A stretch of 64,000 nucleotides of DNA from Clostridia bacterium (GTDB lineage: Bacteria > Bacillota > Clostridia > JAAYHZ01): NCBI GenBank assembly GCA_050950825.1, contig JBMNIH010000007.1, forward strand, positions 243,263 through 307,262, written 5' to 3'. Below the pieces are notes generated by a model that ran no database searches, was not told the origin of the DNA, and saw only the letters and a program-made list of their open reading frames with translations. Each line of letters begins with the position of its first letter. The first letter of the stretch is position 1. The position numbers and the translations under genes were made by a program. Shown here one piece after another: positions 10,833-21,512 of this stretch.

Positions 10833-11534
10833 ATGAGTATTTTCGCAATTTCGGACCTGCATTTATCCTTAGGAGCGGACAAGCCTATGGATATTTTTGG
10901 TCCTACATGGGAAGGATATACGGAGAAGATAAAGGAGAATTGGGAAGCCCGAATCACGGACAGCGATACGGTCTTGATTCCGGGCGACATTTCTTGGGCT
11001 ATGCGCATACAAGAAGCGGAAAAAGACTTTGTGTTTCTCGACCGTTTACCGGGACGTAAGATCGTTTCCAAGGGCAACCACGATTATTGGTGGAACAGCA
11101 TGAAGAAAATCAAGGAGGCTTTTGATTCCTGGGGGGTTACCACCATCGATATACTCCACAACAATTATTACGAGGCGGAAGGCTACGTAATATGCGGAAC
11201 GAGAGGATGGAGGCACCCCGATAGCCCGGATGCCACGGAGCAGGATCGAAAGGTCTACGAAAGGGAATTGCACCGTTTGACCTTATCGTTGGAATCGGCA
11301 AAGCCGACAAACAAGCCGATCCTGTGCGGCTTGCATTATCCGCCCTTTGGACCCTCCGGAGAGGATTCGGAATTTACCGAGCTTTTGGAAAAATACGGGG
11401 TAAAGATATGCATATACGGACATATCCACTACAATTTTGACGTGACGGGAATTGTTCGGGGGATGTATAACGGGATTCATTACCGGCTGGTATCGGCGGA
11501 TTATTTGCAGTTCAAACCCTCTTTGGTGATATAG
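10833..11534 (+). CDS. Metallophosphoesterase
   Basis: SDLH, GDISW, GNHD, HYPP, GHIH calcineurin-like motifs. Confidence 0.9.
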   Translation: MSIFAISDLHLSLGADKPMDIFGPTWEGYTEKIKENWEARITDSDTVLIPGDISWAMRIQEAEKDFVFLDRLPGRKIVSKGNHDYWWNSMKKIKEAFDSWGVTTIDILHNNYYEAEGYVICGTRGWRHPDSPDATEQDRKVYERELHRLTLSLESAKPTNKPILCGLHYPPFGPSGEDSEFTELLEKYGVKICIYGHIHYNFDVTGIVRGMYNGIHYRLVSADYLQFKPSLVI

Positions 11535-11566
11535 GCGGGAGAAGACTCGGAAGAGGAAAAATGTTA

Positions 11567-11594
11567 TTGATTTTACTCTTGACTGTGGTATAAT
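11567..11594 (+). promoter_or_regulatory. Sigma-A promoter for tig-clpP-clpX
   Basis: TTGATT-N16-TATAAT with TG extension. Confidence 0.6.
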
Positions 11595-11660
11595 ATACAA
11601 GTTAAAGTGGCGAAAAAGCTAATTAATCGTAATATTTTGTTATCGATCGGAGGACATGGA

Positions 11661-13076
11661 ATGAGCGTTAAGCTGGAAAAACCGGAAAAAAACGTAGTGG
11701 TACTTGAAATAGAAGTGGACAAAGAAGTATTTAAAGATGCTTTAAGAAAATCTTACAATAAGAACAAACATAGATTTAACGTACCCGGGTTCCGAAAAGG
11801 AAAGGCTCCTATGGAAGCCATTAAGCGCCTGTACGGTGAAGGCGTATTTTACGAAGATGCGTTGGATATTGTAATCCCGGATGCATATGAAAAAGCGGTA
11901 AAGGAAACCAACATCGAGCCGGTAGAATCACCGAAAATTAATTTTGACGAAATTCCGGAAGACGGAAACTTTATCTTTACGGCCCGCGTAACCGTGAAGC
12001 CGGAAGTTCATATAACCCAATACAAGGGTGTGGATGCTGAAAAAGTCGTATACAAGGTGGAAGACAAGGACATCGAAAGAGAATTGGACCGCGTTGTTAA
12101 GCGCTGTGCAAGAAAGGTTACGGTGGAAGGCCGTCCCGTACAAGATCAGGATACGGTGGATATTGACTACGAAGGATTTATCGACGGTGTTGCCTTCGAA
12201 GGCGGAAAAGCGGAAGGCTACAGCTTGGTAATCGGATCGAAAACCTTCATTCCGGGCTTTGAAGATCAAATCATCGGCAAAAATGCAGGTGACGAGTTCG
12301 AAGTGAACGTAAAATTCCCGGAAGATTATCATAACAAAGACGTTGCCGGAAAAGATGCGGTATTTAAAGTGAAGCTGAACTCCATTTCCACGCTTGAATA
12401 TCCCGAGGTAGACGACGAGTTCGCAAAAGATGTCAGCGAATTTGACACCTTGGAAGAATACAAAGCGGACATTCGAAAGAATTTGGAAAAACAAGCGGAA
12501 GCACGCACAAAATCGGAAGTCGAGAATAATGTAATTGAGGCGGTATTAAAAAATACCGAGATTGACGTTCCCGAAGTGATGGTTGAAAATGCCGTCGACA
12601 ATTACGTAGAGGACTACGAAAGAAACATCCAACAGCAATATCCGGGAACGGGATTAAACTTGGAAAAAATCCTATCCTTCCAAGGCATGACCCTTGCCGA
12701 CTTTCGAAATCATCAAAAAGAGCATGCGTTGAGAGAAATTAAAGTAAACTTGATGCTGGAAAAAATCGTAGAGCTTGAGAATATAACGGTTGGTGACGAT
12801 AAAGTAGAAGAAGAGCTGAAAAAATATGCGGAACAGTACAAAATCGAATTGGAAAAGCTTAAGGAAAACATGAGACCGGAAAACATCGAATATATCCGCA
12901 ACCAGCTGAAGATGCCTGCAGCCGTAGAGCTCCTCGTAAATTCCGCGAATCTTACGGTTGTAGAAAAACCGTTCTATGAAGAACATCATCATGACCATGA
13001 CCACGACCACTGCGACGACGATACCTGCGACTGCGGTCATGACCATGACGAAGAACACGAAGAAGGAAAAGAATAA
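11661..13076 (+). CDS. tig: Trigger factor with His/Asp/Cys-rich C-terminal tail
   Basis: PGFRKGKAP signature, FKBP domain FIPGFEDQIIG, DDEFAKDVSEFDTL; upstream of clpP. Confidence 0.97.
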   Translation: MSVKLEKPEKNVVVLEIEVDKEVFKDALRKSYNKNKHRFNVPGFRKGKAPMEAIKRLYGEGVFYEDALDIVIPDAYEKAVKETNIEPVESPKINFDEIPEDGNFIFTARVTVKPEVHITQYKGVDAEKVVYKVEDKDIERELDRVVKRCARKVTVEGRPVQDQDTVDIDYEGFIDGVAFEGGKAEGYSLVIGSKTFIPGFEDQIIGKNAGDEFEVNVKFPEDYHNKDVAGKDAVFKVKLNSISTLEYPEVDDEFAKDVSEFDTLEEYKADIRKNLEKQAEARTKSEVENNVIEAVLKNTEIDVPEVMVENAVDNYVEDYERNIQQQYPGTGLNLEKILSFQGMTLADFRNHQKEHALREIKVNLMLEKIVELENITVGDDKVEEELKKYAEQYKIELEKLKENMRPENIEYIRNQLKMPAAVELLVNSANLTVVEKPFYEEHHHDHDHDHCDDDTCDCGHDHDEEHEEGKE

Positions 13077-13245
13077 ATTTAAAAAATTATTGCCTAAAAA
13101 GAATATTCGATAAAAAACGGGTAATATTCAAAGACAGTGTATATAAAAAGGTTTATTGTACGTAGAATATAGGGAGCAGATGCCCTTCCTTTTATTTCAA
13201 TAAACCTCGTTTTGAAAGAACGCTTGTAAGAAAGGAGAGATCAAT

Positions 13246-13839
13246 ATGGATATGAATTTGGTTCCGATAGTTGTGGAACAAACCAGCCGCGGGGAAAGAT
13301 CGTACGACATTTTTTCCAGGCTGCTGAAGTCCCGAATTATTGTATTAAGCGATCAAATCAACGACGTGACCGCCAGCTTGGTAGTCGCACAGCTCATATA
13401 TTTGGAACATGAAGATCCGGATAGAGACATTACTTTATATATAAACAGTCCGGGAGGATCCATCACATCCGGTTTTGCCATCTACGACACGATGCAATAT
13501 ATTAAGCCGGATGTATCCACCATATGCATTGGTATGGCGGCCAGTATGGGAGCCTTCCTCTTGGCAGCGGGGACAAAAGGAAAACGCTTCGCTCTGCCCA
13601 ACAGCGAAATTATGATTCATCAACCCTTAGGAGGTATCCAAGGTCAAGCAACGGACATTAAGATACATACCGAAAGGTTAATGAGGATGAAGGATACCCT
13701 CAATTCGATTTTAAGTAAAAATACGGGGCAGCCTTTGGAAAAGATCGAAAAAGATGTGGAGCGGGATTACTTTATGACCGCCCAAGAAGCATTGGAATAC
13801 GGAATTATCGACAAGGTGATGACTCACCGCCAAGAATAG
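13246..13839 (+). CDS. clpP: ATP-dependent Clp protease proteolytic subunit
   Basis: [29 protein letters not shown]. Confidence 0.98.
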   Translation: MDMNLVPIVVEQTSRGERSYDIFSRLLKSRIIVLSDQINDVTASLVVAQLIYLEHEDPDRDITLYINSPGGSITSGFAIYDTMQYIKPDVSTICIGMAASMGAFLLAAGTKGKRFALPNSEIMIHQPLGGIQGQATDIKIHTERLMRMKDTLNSILSKNTGQPLEKIEKDVERDYFMTAQEALEYGIIDKVMTHRQE

Positions 13840-13854
13840 GAATCGAGGTGAAAA

Positions 13855-15126
13855 ATGGCAAAGAACGACGATTTTAGACGTATGAAATGTTCCTTTTGCG
13901 GGAAAAACCAGGACGAAGTCCGAAAATTGATACAAGGCCCCGGTGTCTACATTTGCGATGAATGCATCGAATTGTGCAGCGAAATCATCGATGAAGACCC
14001 CGGTGATATAGATGACGATTTTGAAATAAATTTTGAAAAGGTTCCGAAACCGAAAGAAATTGTCGAAATTTTCGATAAGTACGTAATCGGCCAGGAGGAA
14101 GCGAAGAAGGCTTTGGCCGTGGCCGTATACAATCATTACAAAAGAATTAACTCGGTACTCAACAACGACGAAGTGGAGCTTCAAAAAAGCAATATCATTA
14201 TGATAGGTCCTACCGGAAGCGGTAAAACCTATCTGGCTCAAACGTTAGCCAAGATTTTGAACGTACCCTTTGCGATTGCCGACGCAACGTCTCTGACGGA
14301 AGCGGGATACGTAGGAGAAGACGTGGAAAACATTCTCTTACGCTTGATCCAAGCGGCGGACTACGACATTGAAAGAGCCGAGCGTGGAATTATCTACTTG
14401 GACGAAGTGGATAAGATTGCACGTAAATCGGATAATCCGTCCATCACAAGAGACGTCAGCGGCGAAGGCGTGCAGCAAGCTCTGTTGAAGATATTCGAAG
14501 GTACCATCGCATCGGTTCCTCCTTTGGGAGGACGAAAGCATCCCCAGCAGGAGTTCATACAAATTGACACCACCAACATTCTTTTCATCTGCGGCGGTGC
14601 TTTTGACGGTATCCATGAAATTATAAAGAACCGAATCGGAAAGGGGACCATGGGCTTTGGCGGCAGCTTGAAAAAATCCGCCGAAGACATCAATCTCCTT
14701 ACGGACGTTACACCGCAGGATTTGTTAAAATACGGGCTGATTCCCGAATTCGTCGGCCGTCTGCCGGTGATCGTTGGCCTTCATGAATTGGATAAGGCAA
14801 CGCTGATTCGCATTCTGACGGAACCGAAGAATTCTTTGGTGAAGCAGTACCAAGCTCTCTTTGATATGGATAACGTGAAGCTTGAAATCGAAGAAGACGC
14901 TTTGGAAGCCATTGCCGAAAAAGCCATTCAAAGAAAATCCGGTGCCAGAGGGTTGAGAGCCATTATGGAGGAAACTCTTCGCGACATTATGTTCGAAATA
15001 CCCTCTAGAAGCGACGTTGAAAAAGTGATCATAACGAAGCAAACCGTTGTGAGCAAGGACCCGCCCACATTGGTGCTAGGAAAAAAAGCGGCGAATAAGC
15101 CGGCCGTTAAAAAAGATATCGGATAA
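13855..15126 (+). CDS. clpX: ATP-dependent Clp protease ATP-binding subunit
   Basis: CSFCGK zinc finger, [28 protein letters not shown]. Confidence 0.98.
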   Translation: MAKNDDFRRMKCSFCGKNQDEVRKLIQGPGVYICDECIELCSEIIDEDPGDIDDDFEINFEKVPKPKEIVEIFDKYVIGQEEAKKALAVAVYNHYKRINSVLNNDEVELQKSNIIMIGPTGSGKTYLAQTLAKILNVPFAIADATSLTEAGYVGEDVENILLRLIQAADYDIERAERGIIYLDEVDKIARKSDNPSITRDVSGEGVQQALLKIFEGTIASVPPLGGRKHPQQEFIQIDTTNILFICGGAFDGIHEIIKNRIGKGTMGFGGSLKKSAEDINLLTDVTPQDLLKYGLIPEFVGRLPVIVGLHELDKATLIRILTEPKNSLVKQYQALFDMDNVKLEIEEDALEAIAEKAIQRKSGARGLRAIMEETLRDIMFEIPSRSDVEKVIITKQTVVSKDPPTLVLGKKAANKPAVKKDIG

Positions 15127-15142
15127 ATCCGGTATCTTTTTT
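15109..15142 (+). terminator. Intrinsic terminator after clpX
   Basis: AAAAGATATCGGA-taaa-TCCGGTATCTTTT hairpin with T run. Confidence 0.6.
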
Positions 15143-15201
15143 AAAGTTATTGCGTAAAATGTTAGGACAAGTACGGTTTTGTTTTCTTAGGGGGTAGTTT
15201 T

Positions 15202-15993
15202 GTGAGTGTTTTGGAAGGACTGCTTTTGGGAATTATACAGGGGCTTACGGAGTTTTTGCCGGTAAGCAGCTCCGGGCATTTGGTTTTGTTTCAGAACATA
15301 TTTGGCGTCGAAGGAAATACGTTTACCTTTGACCTCTGTGTTCATTTTGCCACGTTAGTTGCCGTATGCACCGTCTACCGGAAGGACATCTTGGCTTATG
15401 CAAGAAAGCCTTTTTCAAAGCCTGTGCTGCTGCTGGTAACGGCAACCGTACCGGCCGTTATTGCCGCATTGCTATTGGAGGATTGGCTCAAGGGCTTTTT
15501 TGATACCGGCGGGTCGTTGGGAGTCGGGTTTTTGTTCACCGCCTTTGTGCTTTTGGTCGTATCCAAAATCCCGAAAGGGAAAAAGAGCATCGAAGAGTCA
15601 AAGGGAATCGACGCATTTCTTATCGGCTGCGGCCAAGCCATCGCCCTTTTGCCGGGGGTATCTCGATCCGGTATGACCATATCCGCGTCGCTGTCGAGAG
15701 GACTTAAAAGAGAAGAAGCGTCGAAGTTTTCTTTTCTTTTATCCATACCGGTAATCTTGGGGGCCTTGGTTTTCGATATTTACGATTTGATCAAGGATCC
15801 TTCTTTGGCGGACGGTATCGCCTTCGCCCCGTTGGCCGTAGGCATGATTGCGGCCGGCTTTTGCGGTTATTTGGCGGTTCGATTTATGATCAAAGCGGTG
15901 AATCGAGGCAAGCTCAACTATTTTTCCTATTACCTGTTTGCTCTCGGTGCATTGGTTTTGGCGGATCAATTATTTATCGGAAAAATATTCTAA
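15202..15993 (+). CDS. uppP: Undecaprenyl-diphosphate phosphatase (BacA)
   Basis: [14 protein letters not shown] and PGVSRSG motifs. Confidence 0.95.
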   Translation: MSVLEGLLLGIIQGLTEFLPVSSSGHLVLFQNIFGVEGNTFTFDLCVHFATLVAVCTVYRKDILAYARKPFSKPVLLLVTATVPAVIAALLLEDWLKGFFDTGGSLGVGFLFTAFVLLVVSKIPKGKKSIEESKGIDAFLIGCGQAIALLPGVSRSGMTISASLSRGLKREEASKFSFLLSIPVILGALVFDIYDLIKDPSLADGIAFAPLAVGMIAAGFCGYLAVRFMIKAVNRGKLNYFSYYLFALGALVLADQLFIGKIF

Positions 15994-16009
15994 GAAAAAG
16001 GGAGTTATC

Positions 16010-17047
16010 TTGAAAGACATATATATTCTGGGCGTGGAAACCACTTGCGACGAGACCGCTTGCTCCATCGTTAAAAACGGAAGAGAGCTTTTGGCAAGCG
16101 TCATTTCGTCCCAAATCGATATTCATAAGCCTTACGGCGGTGTGGTGCCGGAGATTGCATCCCGAAAGCACGTGGAGAACATTATCCCGGTGCTGGACCA
16201 ATGCCTTGCGAAAAGCAATACGGACCCGAAAGACATCGACGGAGTTGCCGTATCCTACGGCCCCGGTTTGGTAGGGGCTCTTCTTACGGGAATCGCCGTA
16301 GCAAAAGCATTGGCCTGGTCTTGGGATGTTCCTTTATTGGGTGTCAACCATATTGAAGGCCACATTTTCGCCAACTTTTTAACCCACAAGGAGCTGGAAC
16401 CGCCCTTTATTGCCTTGGTCGTGTCCGGAGGACACAGCCATATCGTCTTGATGAAGGACTATTTGCAATATGAAATCATAGGAAAGACAAGGGATGACGC
16501 TGCGGGAGAAGCCTTTGACAAGACGGCAAGGGTATTGGGCCTTGGGTATCCCGGGGGACCCGCCATTGACAAGGCGGCAAAGGACGGGGACGACCAGGCC
16601 TTTGATTTTCCGAAGACAAAATTCGACGACCGTCCTTACGACTTTAGCTTCAGCGGGATTAAAACCGCCGTTATTAACCGGCTCAATACCATGAAGATGA
16701 AAGGGGAATCCTATCGGGTAGAAGACGTGGCGGCATCCTTCCAAAGAGCGGTTGTCGATGTTCTGGTTCGAAATACAATCGAAGCGGCAAAAGCCTGCGG
16801 CATGAAAACCGTATGTCTTGCCGGGGGCGTTTCGGCCAACTCGTTATTAAGAAAATATATGAAGGAAGAAGGAGAAAAGGCGGGAATAAAGGTGTATTAT
16901 CCCGAGCCTGTTTACTGTACCGATAACGGCGCCATGGTGGCTGCTACCGGGTACTATTATTACATCAACGGCGTTTATTCGGATTTAACGTTAAACGCCG
17001 CACCGAATTTGCGAATTGACCGGTTGGTCAAAGAAGCAAGCCTATGA
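16010..17047 (+). CDS. tsaD: t6A transferase TsaD
   Basis: [51 protein letters not shown]; TTG start after GGGAG. Confidence 0.97.
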   Translation: MKDIYILGVETTCDETACSIVKNGRELLASVISSQIDIHKPYGGVVPEIASRKHVENIIPVLDQCLAKSNTDPKDIDGVAVSYGPGLVGALLTGIAVAKALAWSWDVPLLGVNHIEGHIFANFLTHKELEPPFIALVVSGGHSHIVLMKDYLQYEIIGKTRDDAAGEAFDKTARVLGLGYPGGPAIDKAAKDGDDQAFDFPKTKFDDRPYDFSFSGIKTAVINRLNTMKMKGESYRVEDVAASFQRAVVDVLVRNTIEAAKACGMKTVCLAGGVSANSLLRKYMKEEGEKAGIKVYYPEPVYCTDNGAMVAATGYYYYINGVYSDLTLNAAPNLRIDRLVKEASL

Positions 17048-17080
17048 TTGTTTGAGATTAAAAGGGAAGGGGAATAAAAA

Positions 17081-17923
17081 ATGGCGGACTGCAACAATTG
17101 CCCGAGCAAGAACAAGTGCTCAAGCCAACAAAAAGAAAACTGCGGCAAAGAGGATTTTCGTTTTCCTCAAAATGCTTTGAGTGAAATTAAAAGAGTGATA
17201 CCGGTCATAAGCGGCAAGGGGGGAGTAGGAAAATCCTCCATTACCTCCATGCTGGCGGTGTTAATGAGACGTAAAGGATACAAAACGGCCATCTTGGATG
17301 CCGATGTTACAGGTCCCTCCATTCCGAGGATGTTCGGATTGAAATCGGGGGGCGTCCAAGGAGATAACAACGGCATGTATCCCGTAACCACCCATAACGA
17401 CATCCGTGTCATGTCCGTGAATCTTTTGTTAAAGGAAGAAGACCAACCGGTGGTTTGGAGAGGCCCCGTCATTGCCGGAGCCATTAAACAGTTTTGGAGC
17501 GATGTCATATGGGAAGACATAGACTATATGTTTATCGATATGCCTCCCGGAACCGGGGATGTTCCGCTGACGGTGTTCCAATCGCTGCCCGTTGACGGCG
17601 TGATTATAGCCACCTCGCCTCAAGAACTGGTATCCGTCATTGTGAAAAAGGCCGTTCATATGGCCAACAAGATGAATATTGAAGTGGCGGGAATCGTGGA
17701 AAATATGAGCTACGTCCTGTGTCCGGACTGCGGAAAAAGAATCGATGTCTTCGGCAGCGGAAAGACGGAAGAAATCGCTTCCGCAATGGGTATTCCTTTT
17801 TTAGGAAAGGTGCCGATGGACCTGAACATAGCGAAGCTCAGCGACTTAGGAGAAATTGAAAAGTTTACGGGAGACTATTTGGATTTCTGCATTGAATATT
17901 TGGAAGAAAGGTTTCCGGTATGA
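17081..17923 (+). CDS. mrp: Mrp/NBP35 Fe-S carrier ATPase
   Basis: SGKGGVGKS, WRGP, DMPPGTGD, ENMSYVLCPDC; N-terminal CxxC. Confidence 0.93.
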   Translation: MADCNNCPSKNKCSSQQKENCGKEDFRFPQNALSEIKRVIPVISGKGGVGKSSITSMLAVLMRRKGYKTAILDADVTGPSIPRMFGLKSGGVQGDNNGMYPVTTHNDIRVMSVNLLLKEEDQPVVWRGPVIAGAIKQFWSDVIWEDIDYMFIDMPPGTGDVPLTVFQSLPVDGVIIATSPQELVSVIVKKAVHMANKMNIEVAGIVENMSYVLCPDCGKRIDVFGSGKTEEIASAMGIPFLGKVPMDLNIAKLSDLGEIEKFTGDYLDFCIEYLEERFPV

Positions 17924-18339
17924 AAACCTTCGAGGAAAAAATAACGGTTCGGTATGCGGAAACGGACCAAATGGGCATTGTTCATCATTCTCATTACCCC
18001 GTTTGGTTTGAAGCGGCAAGAACCGGATTCATCAAAAGCTTAGGTATGTCCTATTCCGAAGTGGAAAAGAAGGGGCTTTTGCTCCCTTTGTCCGAGCTTT
18101 ATGTAAAATACCGATCGGGAGCTTTATACGAGGACGAGTTGACCGTTTCCGTGCATATTGAAAAACTGACCGGAGCTCGGGTGACCTTCGGTTACCGTGT
18201 AACCCGAGATAAGGATTGCACATTAATAGCGGAAGGCTTTACCGTTCATGCTTTTACCGATTCCAACCTTTGCGTTGTAAATGTGATGAAGACGCACAAG
18301 GAAATATATGATATGCTGTATAGGGCATGGAAAGATTAA
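17920..18339 (+). CDS. Acyl-CoA thioesterase (4HBT/YbgC family)
   Basis: VRYAETDQMGIVHHSHY motif. Confidence 0.9.
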   Translation: MKTFEEKITVRYAETDQMGIVHHSHYPVWFEAARTGFIKSLGMSYSEVEKKGLLLPLSELYVKYRSGALYEDELTVSVHIEKLTGARVTFGYRVTRDKDCTLIAEGFTVHAFTDSNLCVVNVMKTHKEIYDMLYRAWKD

Positions 18340-18391
18340 AGAAGCTTTTTAAGGCATAAAAAGGGCCCTTTTTCGGGTAAGGAGAATTCAC

Positions 18392-19081
18392 ATGGCACAG
18401 GATAAGAGAAGGATGAAAATCAAGGTGACCAAAAACGGCCCCTACATTGTAACGGGCGGAGTGCCCCTTAAAGAAAAAATTATTGTTCCGAAGGGGAAGC
18501 ATTATGTATTCGAGGAGGGACGTACCCTTCCTCAAAGGGAAACTTACGCTCTATGCCGATGCGGAAAAACGAAAACACCTCCTTTTTGCGACGGAACCCA
18601 CGGGAAAATCGGTTTCGAAGGAAAGGAAACGGCTTCGAAAGCTCCGTACGATGAAAGAGCCGAATTGATCAAGGGGTCCGGCTTGAACCTCTTGGACGAT
18701 TATCGGTGTGCGTTAGCAAGGTTTTGCCATCGAGACAAGGGAACCGCTTGGGAGCTGATTGAAAACTCCGAGGAGGAAGAGAATAAACAAGAAGCCATCC
18801 GTGCCGCCGTCGAGTGCCCGGCGGGAAGGATTACCGCCGTATATAAAAACGGCGAAAAAATCGAACCGGACCACGAACCCGAGGTTGTCATTTTGCAGGA
18901 TCCTGAAATGGACGTAAGCTCCGGCATCTTTGTGAAAGGGTATATCCCCATTGAATCGGAAGACGGAACCCTTTACGAAACGAGGAACCGAGTGATGCTG
19001 TGTAGGTGCGGACATTCGAAAAACAAGCCTTTTTGCGATGCAAGCCACATTGACGAAGAGTATTCGGACGAGGATACGTAG
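18392..19081 (+). CDS. CDGSH iron-sulfur domain protein (two CDGSH domains around a ferredoxin-like domain)
   Basis: ALCRCGKTKTPPFCDGTH, LCRCGHSKNKPFCDASH, central CALARFC...ECPAG. Confidence 0.9.
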   Translation: MAQDKRRMKIKVTKNGPYIVTGGVPLKEKIIVPKGKHYVFEEGRTLPQRETYALCRCGKTKTPPFCDGTHGKIGFEGKETASKAPYDERAELIKGSGLNLLDDYRCALARFCHRDKGTAWELIENSEEEENKQEAIRAAVECPAGRITAVYKNGEKIEPDHEPEVVILQDPEMDVSSGIFVKGYIPIESEDGTLYETRNRVMLCRCGHSKNKPFCDASHIDEEYSDEDT

Positions 19082-19108
19082 ATATGGAGTATTGCAAGTA
19101 TTTTCATT

Positions 19109-19137
19109 TTGACAAAGTACGATAATTGTGATACACT
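19109..19137 (+). promoter_or_regulatory. Sigma-A promoter with no downstream ORF
   Basis: TTGACA-N17-TACACT with TG extension. Confidence 0.6.
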
Positions 19138-19142
19138 TCCTC

Positions 19143-19248
19143 ACAGTTGTTGGTTTCTAAAACACTTTGCAAATATTTGCCAAGTGTTAACATCCTTTCT
19201 TTTTGTGTTTGTTTTGTAACGGGAGCGTTTATAACGCTCCCGTTTCAA
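19143..19248 (+). ncRNA. Candidate ~100-nt small RNA
   Basis: Lies between that promoter and a 12-bp stem (19218-19244); internal hairpin 19161-19188; anti-SD-like CATCCTTTCT; no ORF. Confidence 0.45.
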
Positions 19249-19294
19249 ATGGAATTCTATTGAATCCAAACCGAAAAAAATTTTTAAAAATGTA

Positions 19295-19342
19295 TTGACA
19301 TTCGGTTTACCATATGATACCATTCTAACGAACGTTAAATAA
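19295..19342 (+). promoter_or_regulatory. tetR promoter with operator copy 1 (CTAACGAACGTTAAATAA)
   Basis: TTGACA-N17-TACCAT followed by an 18-bp sequence repeated exactly at 19970-19987. Confidence 0.65.
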
Positions 19343-19355
19343 GAGGGCGGATGTT

Positions 19356-19916
19356 ATGGTAAATACGGATTTGAAAGAAAGAATCAAGGAAACGGCGGTT
19401 GATCATTTTAACAAAAACGGGTATTACGGAACCACCATACGCAATATTGCCAATGACGTTAACTGCTCCCTGCCGATGATTTACTATTACTATAAAAACA
19501 AAAAGGAGCTTTTTGATGAAATCATTAAAAAGGATTTTTTTGATATTTTAAATAAACAGGCATCGCAAGTAGAGCCGGGCAATATCGTTGATCTTTATAC
19601 GCAGTTCATATACGGCTTAAATGATTTAAGCGATTACGATAAACAAGTGTACCGGCTGGGAATCAAGGTATATCTGTCCTTTGACGGCGACGAGGAGCTA
19701 AAGAAGGTGATGGACGATTGGGAAAAGACCGTGTTCCCAAGGCACCTTCGGCTGTTAAAGCCGTATCTAACCGATGCGGATCACGAGGAAGCAATCGTTA
19801 GAACCTTGGTGCATTTGTTGGAAACCATGATTATAAATATCATCGTAAAAAACAGACATATGGCCGAGGAGGAGATTCGAGAAGAAATCGCCATCGTTTT
19901 GCGTAATTGTAAATAA
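19356..19916 (+). CDS. TetR/AcrR family transcriptional regulator
   Basis: GYYGTTIRNIANDVNCSLPMIYYYYKNKKELF HTH. Confidence 0.92.
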   Translation: MVNTDLKERIKETAVDHFNKNGYYGTTIRNIANDVNCSLPMIYYYYKNKKELFDEIIKKDFFDILNKQASQVEPGNIVDLYTQFIYGLNDLSDYDKQVYRLGIKVYLSFDGDEELKKVMDDWEKTVFPRHLRLLKPYLTDADHEEAIVRTLVHLLETMIINIIVKNRHMAEEEIREEIAIVLRNCK

Positions 19917-19969
19917 TTTTGCTTTATTAAAATCGGCATCCCGGATGCCGATATATATTTAAACGAAGC

Positions 19970-19987
19970 CTAACGAACGTTAAATAA
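19970..19987 (+). promoter_or_regulatory. Operator copy 2 (CTAACGAACGTTAAATAA)
   Basis: Exact repeat of 19325-19342; near-palindromic core TAACGAACGTTA. Confidence 0.65.
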
Positions 19988-20019
19988 TAAAACGTTCCAT
20001 AATAATATAAGGAGTGATC

Positions 20020-20478
20020 ATGATGGAAATCGAAAAAAGAATGGCCGTTTTGCAAAACACCTATGCGGCCTCCGTTGCGGAAAACGCAAACATGTACGAT
20101 AAGCTTCATGTTTTGGAGCTCGTTGTCGGGAAAAGAAAGGAAAGGCAAACACAGACGGCACCTTATCTCAATCAACAGCTGGGGATTCATTGCGCCGAAG
20201 ATGTTTTCCGGATTCTTTCGGAAATATACGGGTGTGCAAATTGGTCCGTTGAGAAATCGGAGGAAGGTTTTCTTGCTACGGCAACCTCCTGCAAGCTTTG
20301 TGCGTTGTCTAAAAAAATGGGGGGAGCCAATCCCTGCTACGGTTGGTGTCTTGACCCTATGATTGCCATGTTATCCGACGTATGTAAAATCGACGCTAAC
20401 TCCATAGCCGTGGAAAGCACGTTGATGGATTCGGATAGCTGCAAGGTTTGCATAAAGCTCGGGACGACACCGGAATAA
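20020..20478 (+). CDS. Cys-rich hypothetical protein (possible V4R/ligand-binding fold)
   Basis: GGAG RBS; CANW, SCKLC, PCYGWC, SCK pattern; fold is inference. Confidence 0.7.
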   Translation: MMEIEKRMAVLQNTYAASVAENANMYDKLHVLELVVGKRKERQTQTAPYLNQQLGIHCAEDVFRILSEIYGCANWSVEKSEEGFLATATSCKLCALSKKMGGANPCYGWCLDPMIAMLSDVCKIDANSIAVESTLMDSDSCKVCIKLGTTPE

Positions 20479-20504
20479 AGGAAGGAAAAGGAGGTACGGA
20501 TATC

Positions 20505-21236
20505 ATGGAAAAGCGGAAACGTTACGGGACCTTGTTCGGTATCGCCGTTTTCTTCTTGTTGTTCCTTCTGCAGGTCCTCTCGGGGATGGCGGGATCTTTT
20601 GTCGCAGACCGGATTCCCTTTGAAAAAATCGATCCTTATGACAGCTTTGCCCGTATTTCCATACACCATGCCGTAATTACGGCCATTTCCGTTATTGTGA
20701 TTGTACTGATGAGAAAGCGATTAAAAATCGACTTTTATATTCAACTCGGTGACAAGGAGAAGGGAAAAAGATATCTGGGCATATTTTTGCTTGCTTTTGC
20801 GTTGATATCCGTTGCCGTACATATTTTTATGCGCATTTTTGATCGGCTGCCCGTATATTCGTTTCCTTTAGACAAAAGAAACGTTATCGGGACCTTGGGA
20901 TTCCAATTGCTGTTAAGCGGACCTGCGGAAGAGCTCCTATACCGAGCCTTGCCCGTATCCTTGTTGACGTACGCCTTTGGAAGAAGCATTCCGATCACAA
21001 AGAACATGACGTTGGAGGTTTTTTTGGCATCGCTTTTATTCTCCTTTGCCCATACCCGGTGGTCTTTAAATCCGCCGGTATTTGAGATCGATTTCTTTAA
21101 CGTTTTTTACGCTTTTATCCTCGGAAGCATACAAGGAACGGTATACCAAAAAAGCAAAAGCATTGTATATCCCGTTCTTATGCACAGCTTCAGCAACGTT
21201 TTCATGGTCGGTATCGGTTATTTGTTTTCGGCCTGA
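20505..21236 (+). CDS. CPBP (CAAX/Abi) intramembrane metalloprotease
   Basis: EELLYR, FSFAH, HSFSN motifs; hydrophobic. Confidence 0.9.
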   Translation: MEKRKRYGTLFGIAVFFLLFLLQVLSGMAGSFVADRIPFEKIDPYDSFARISIHHAVITAISVIVIVLMRKRLKIDFYIQLGDKEKGKRYLGIFLLAFALISVAVHIFMRIFDRLPVYSFPLDKRNVIGTLGFQLLLSGPAEELLYRALPVSLLTYAFGRSIPITKNMTLEVFLASLLFSFAHTRWSLNPPVFEIDFFNVFYAFILGSIQGTVYQKSKSIVYPVLMHSFSNVFMVGIGYLFSA

Positions 21237-21470
21237 AAGACCGGTATTTTGTGAGGTAGAAAATGGATTATTTTCATTTCGAAAGCTTTCACACCGGCAA
21301 AAAGCGGTATGATGCGATACGAGAGTTTTGCCGGTGCGAGGGAATAAACGAAGAATACGTAAGAAGTACGATAAAAGAAAAGAGGTCCGATCGGAAAGAA
21401 ATGAAAAAACCGATTTTGTCCGTATTGGGTATCGTTTTCTTTCGTTTAAGACATCGAGTATTGTAAAAGG

Positions 21471-21502
21471 AAGAAGGAGGGAAGTCGGCTTCCTTCCTTC
21501 TT
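21471..21502. terminator. Bidirectional terminator between convergent genes
   Basis: AAGAAGGAGGGAAG-tcgg-CTTCCTTCCTTCTT. Confidence 0.55.
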
Positions 21503-21512
21503 CTGCTATATA

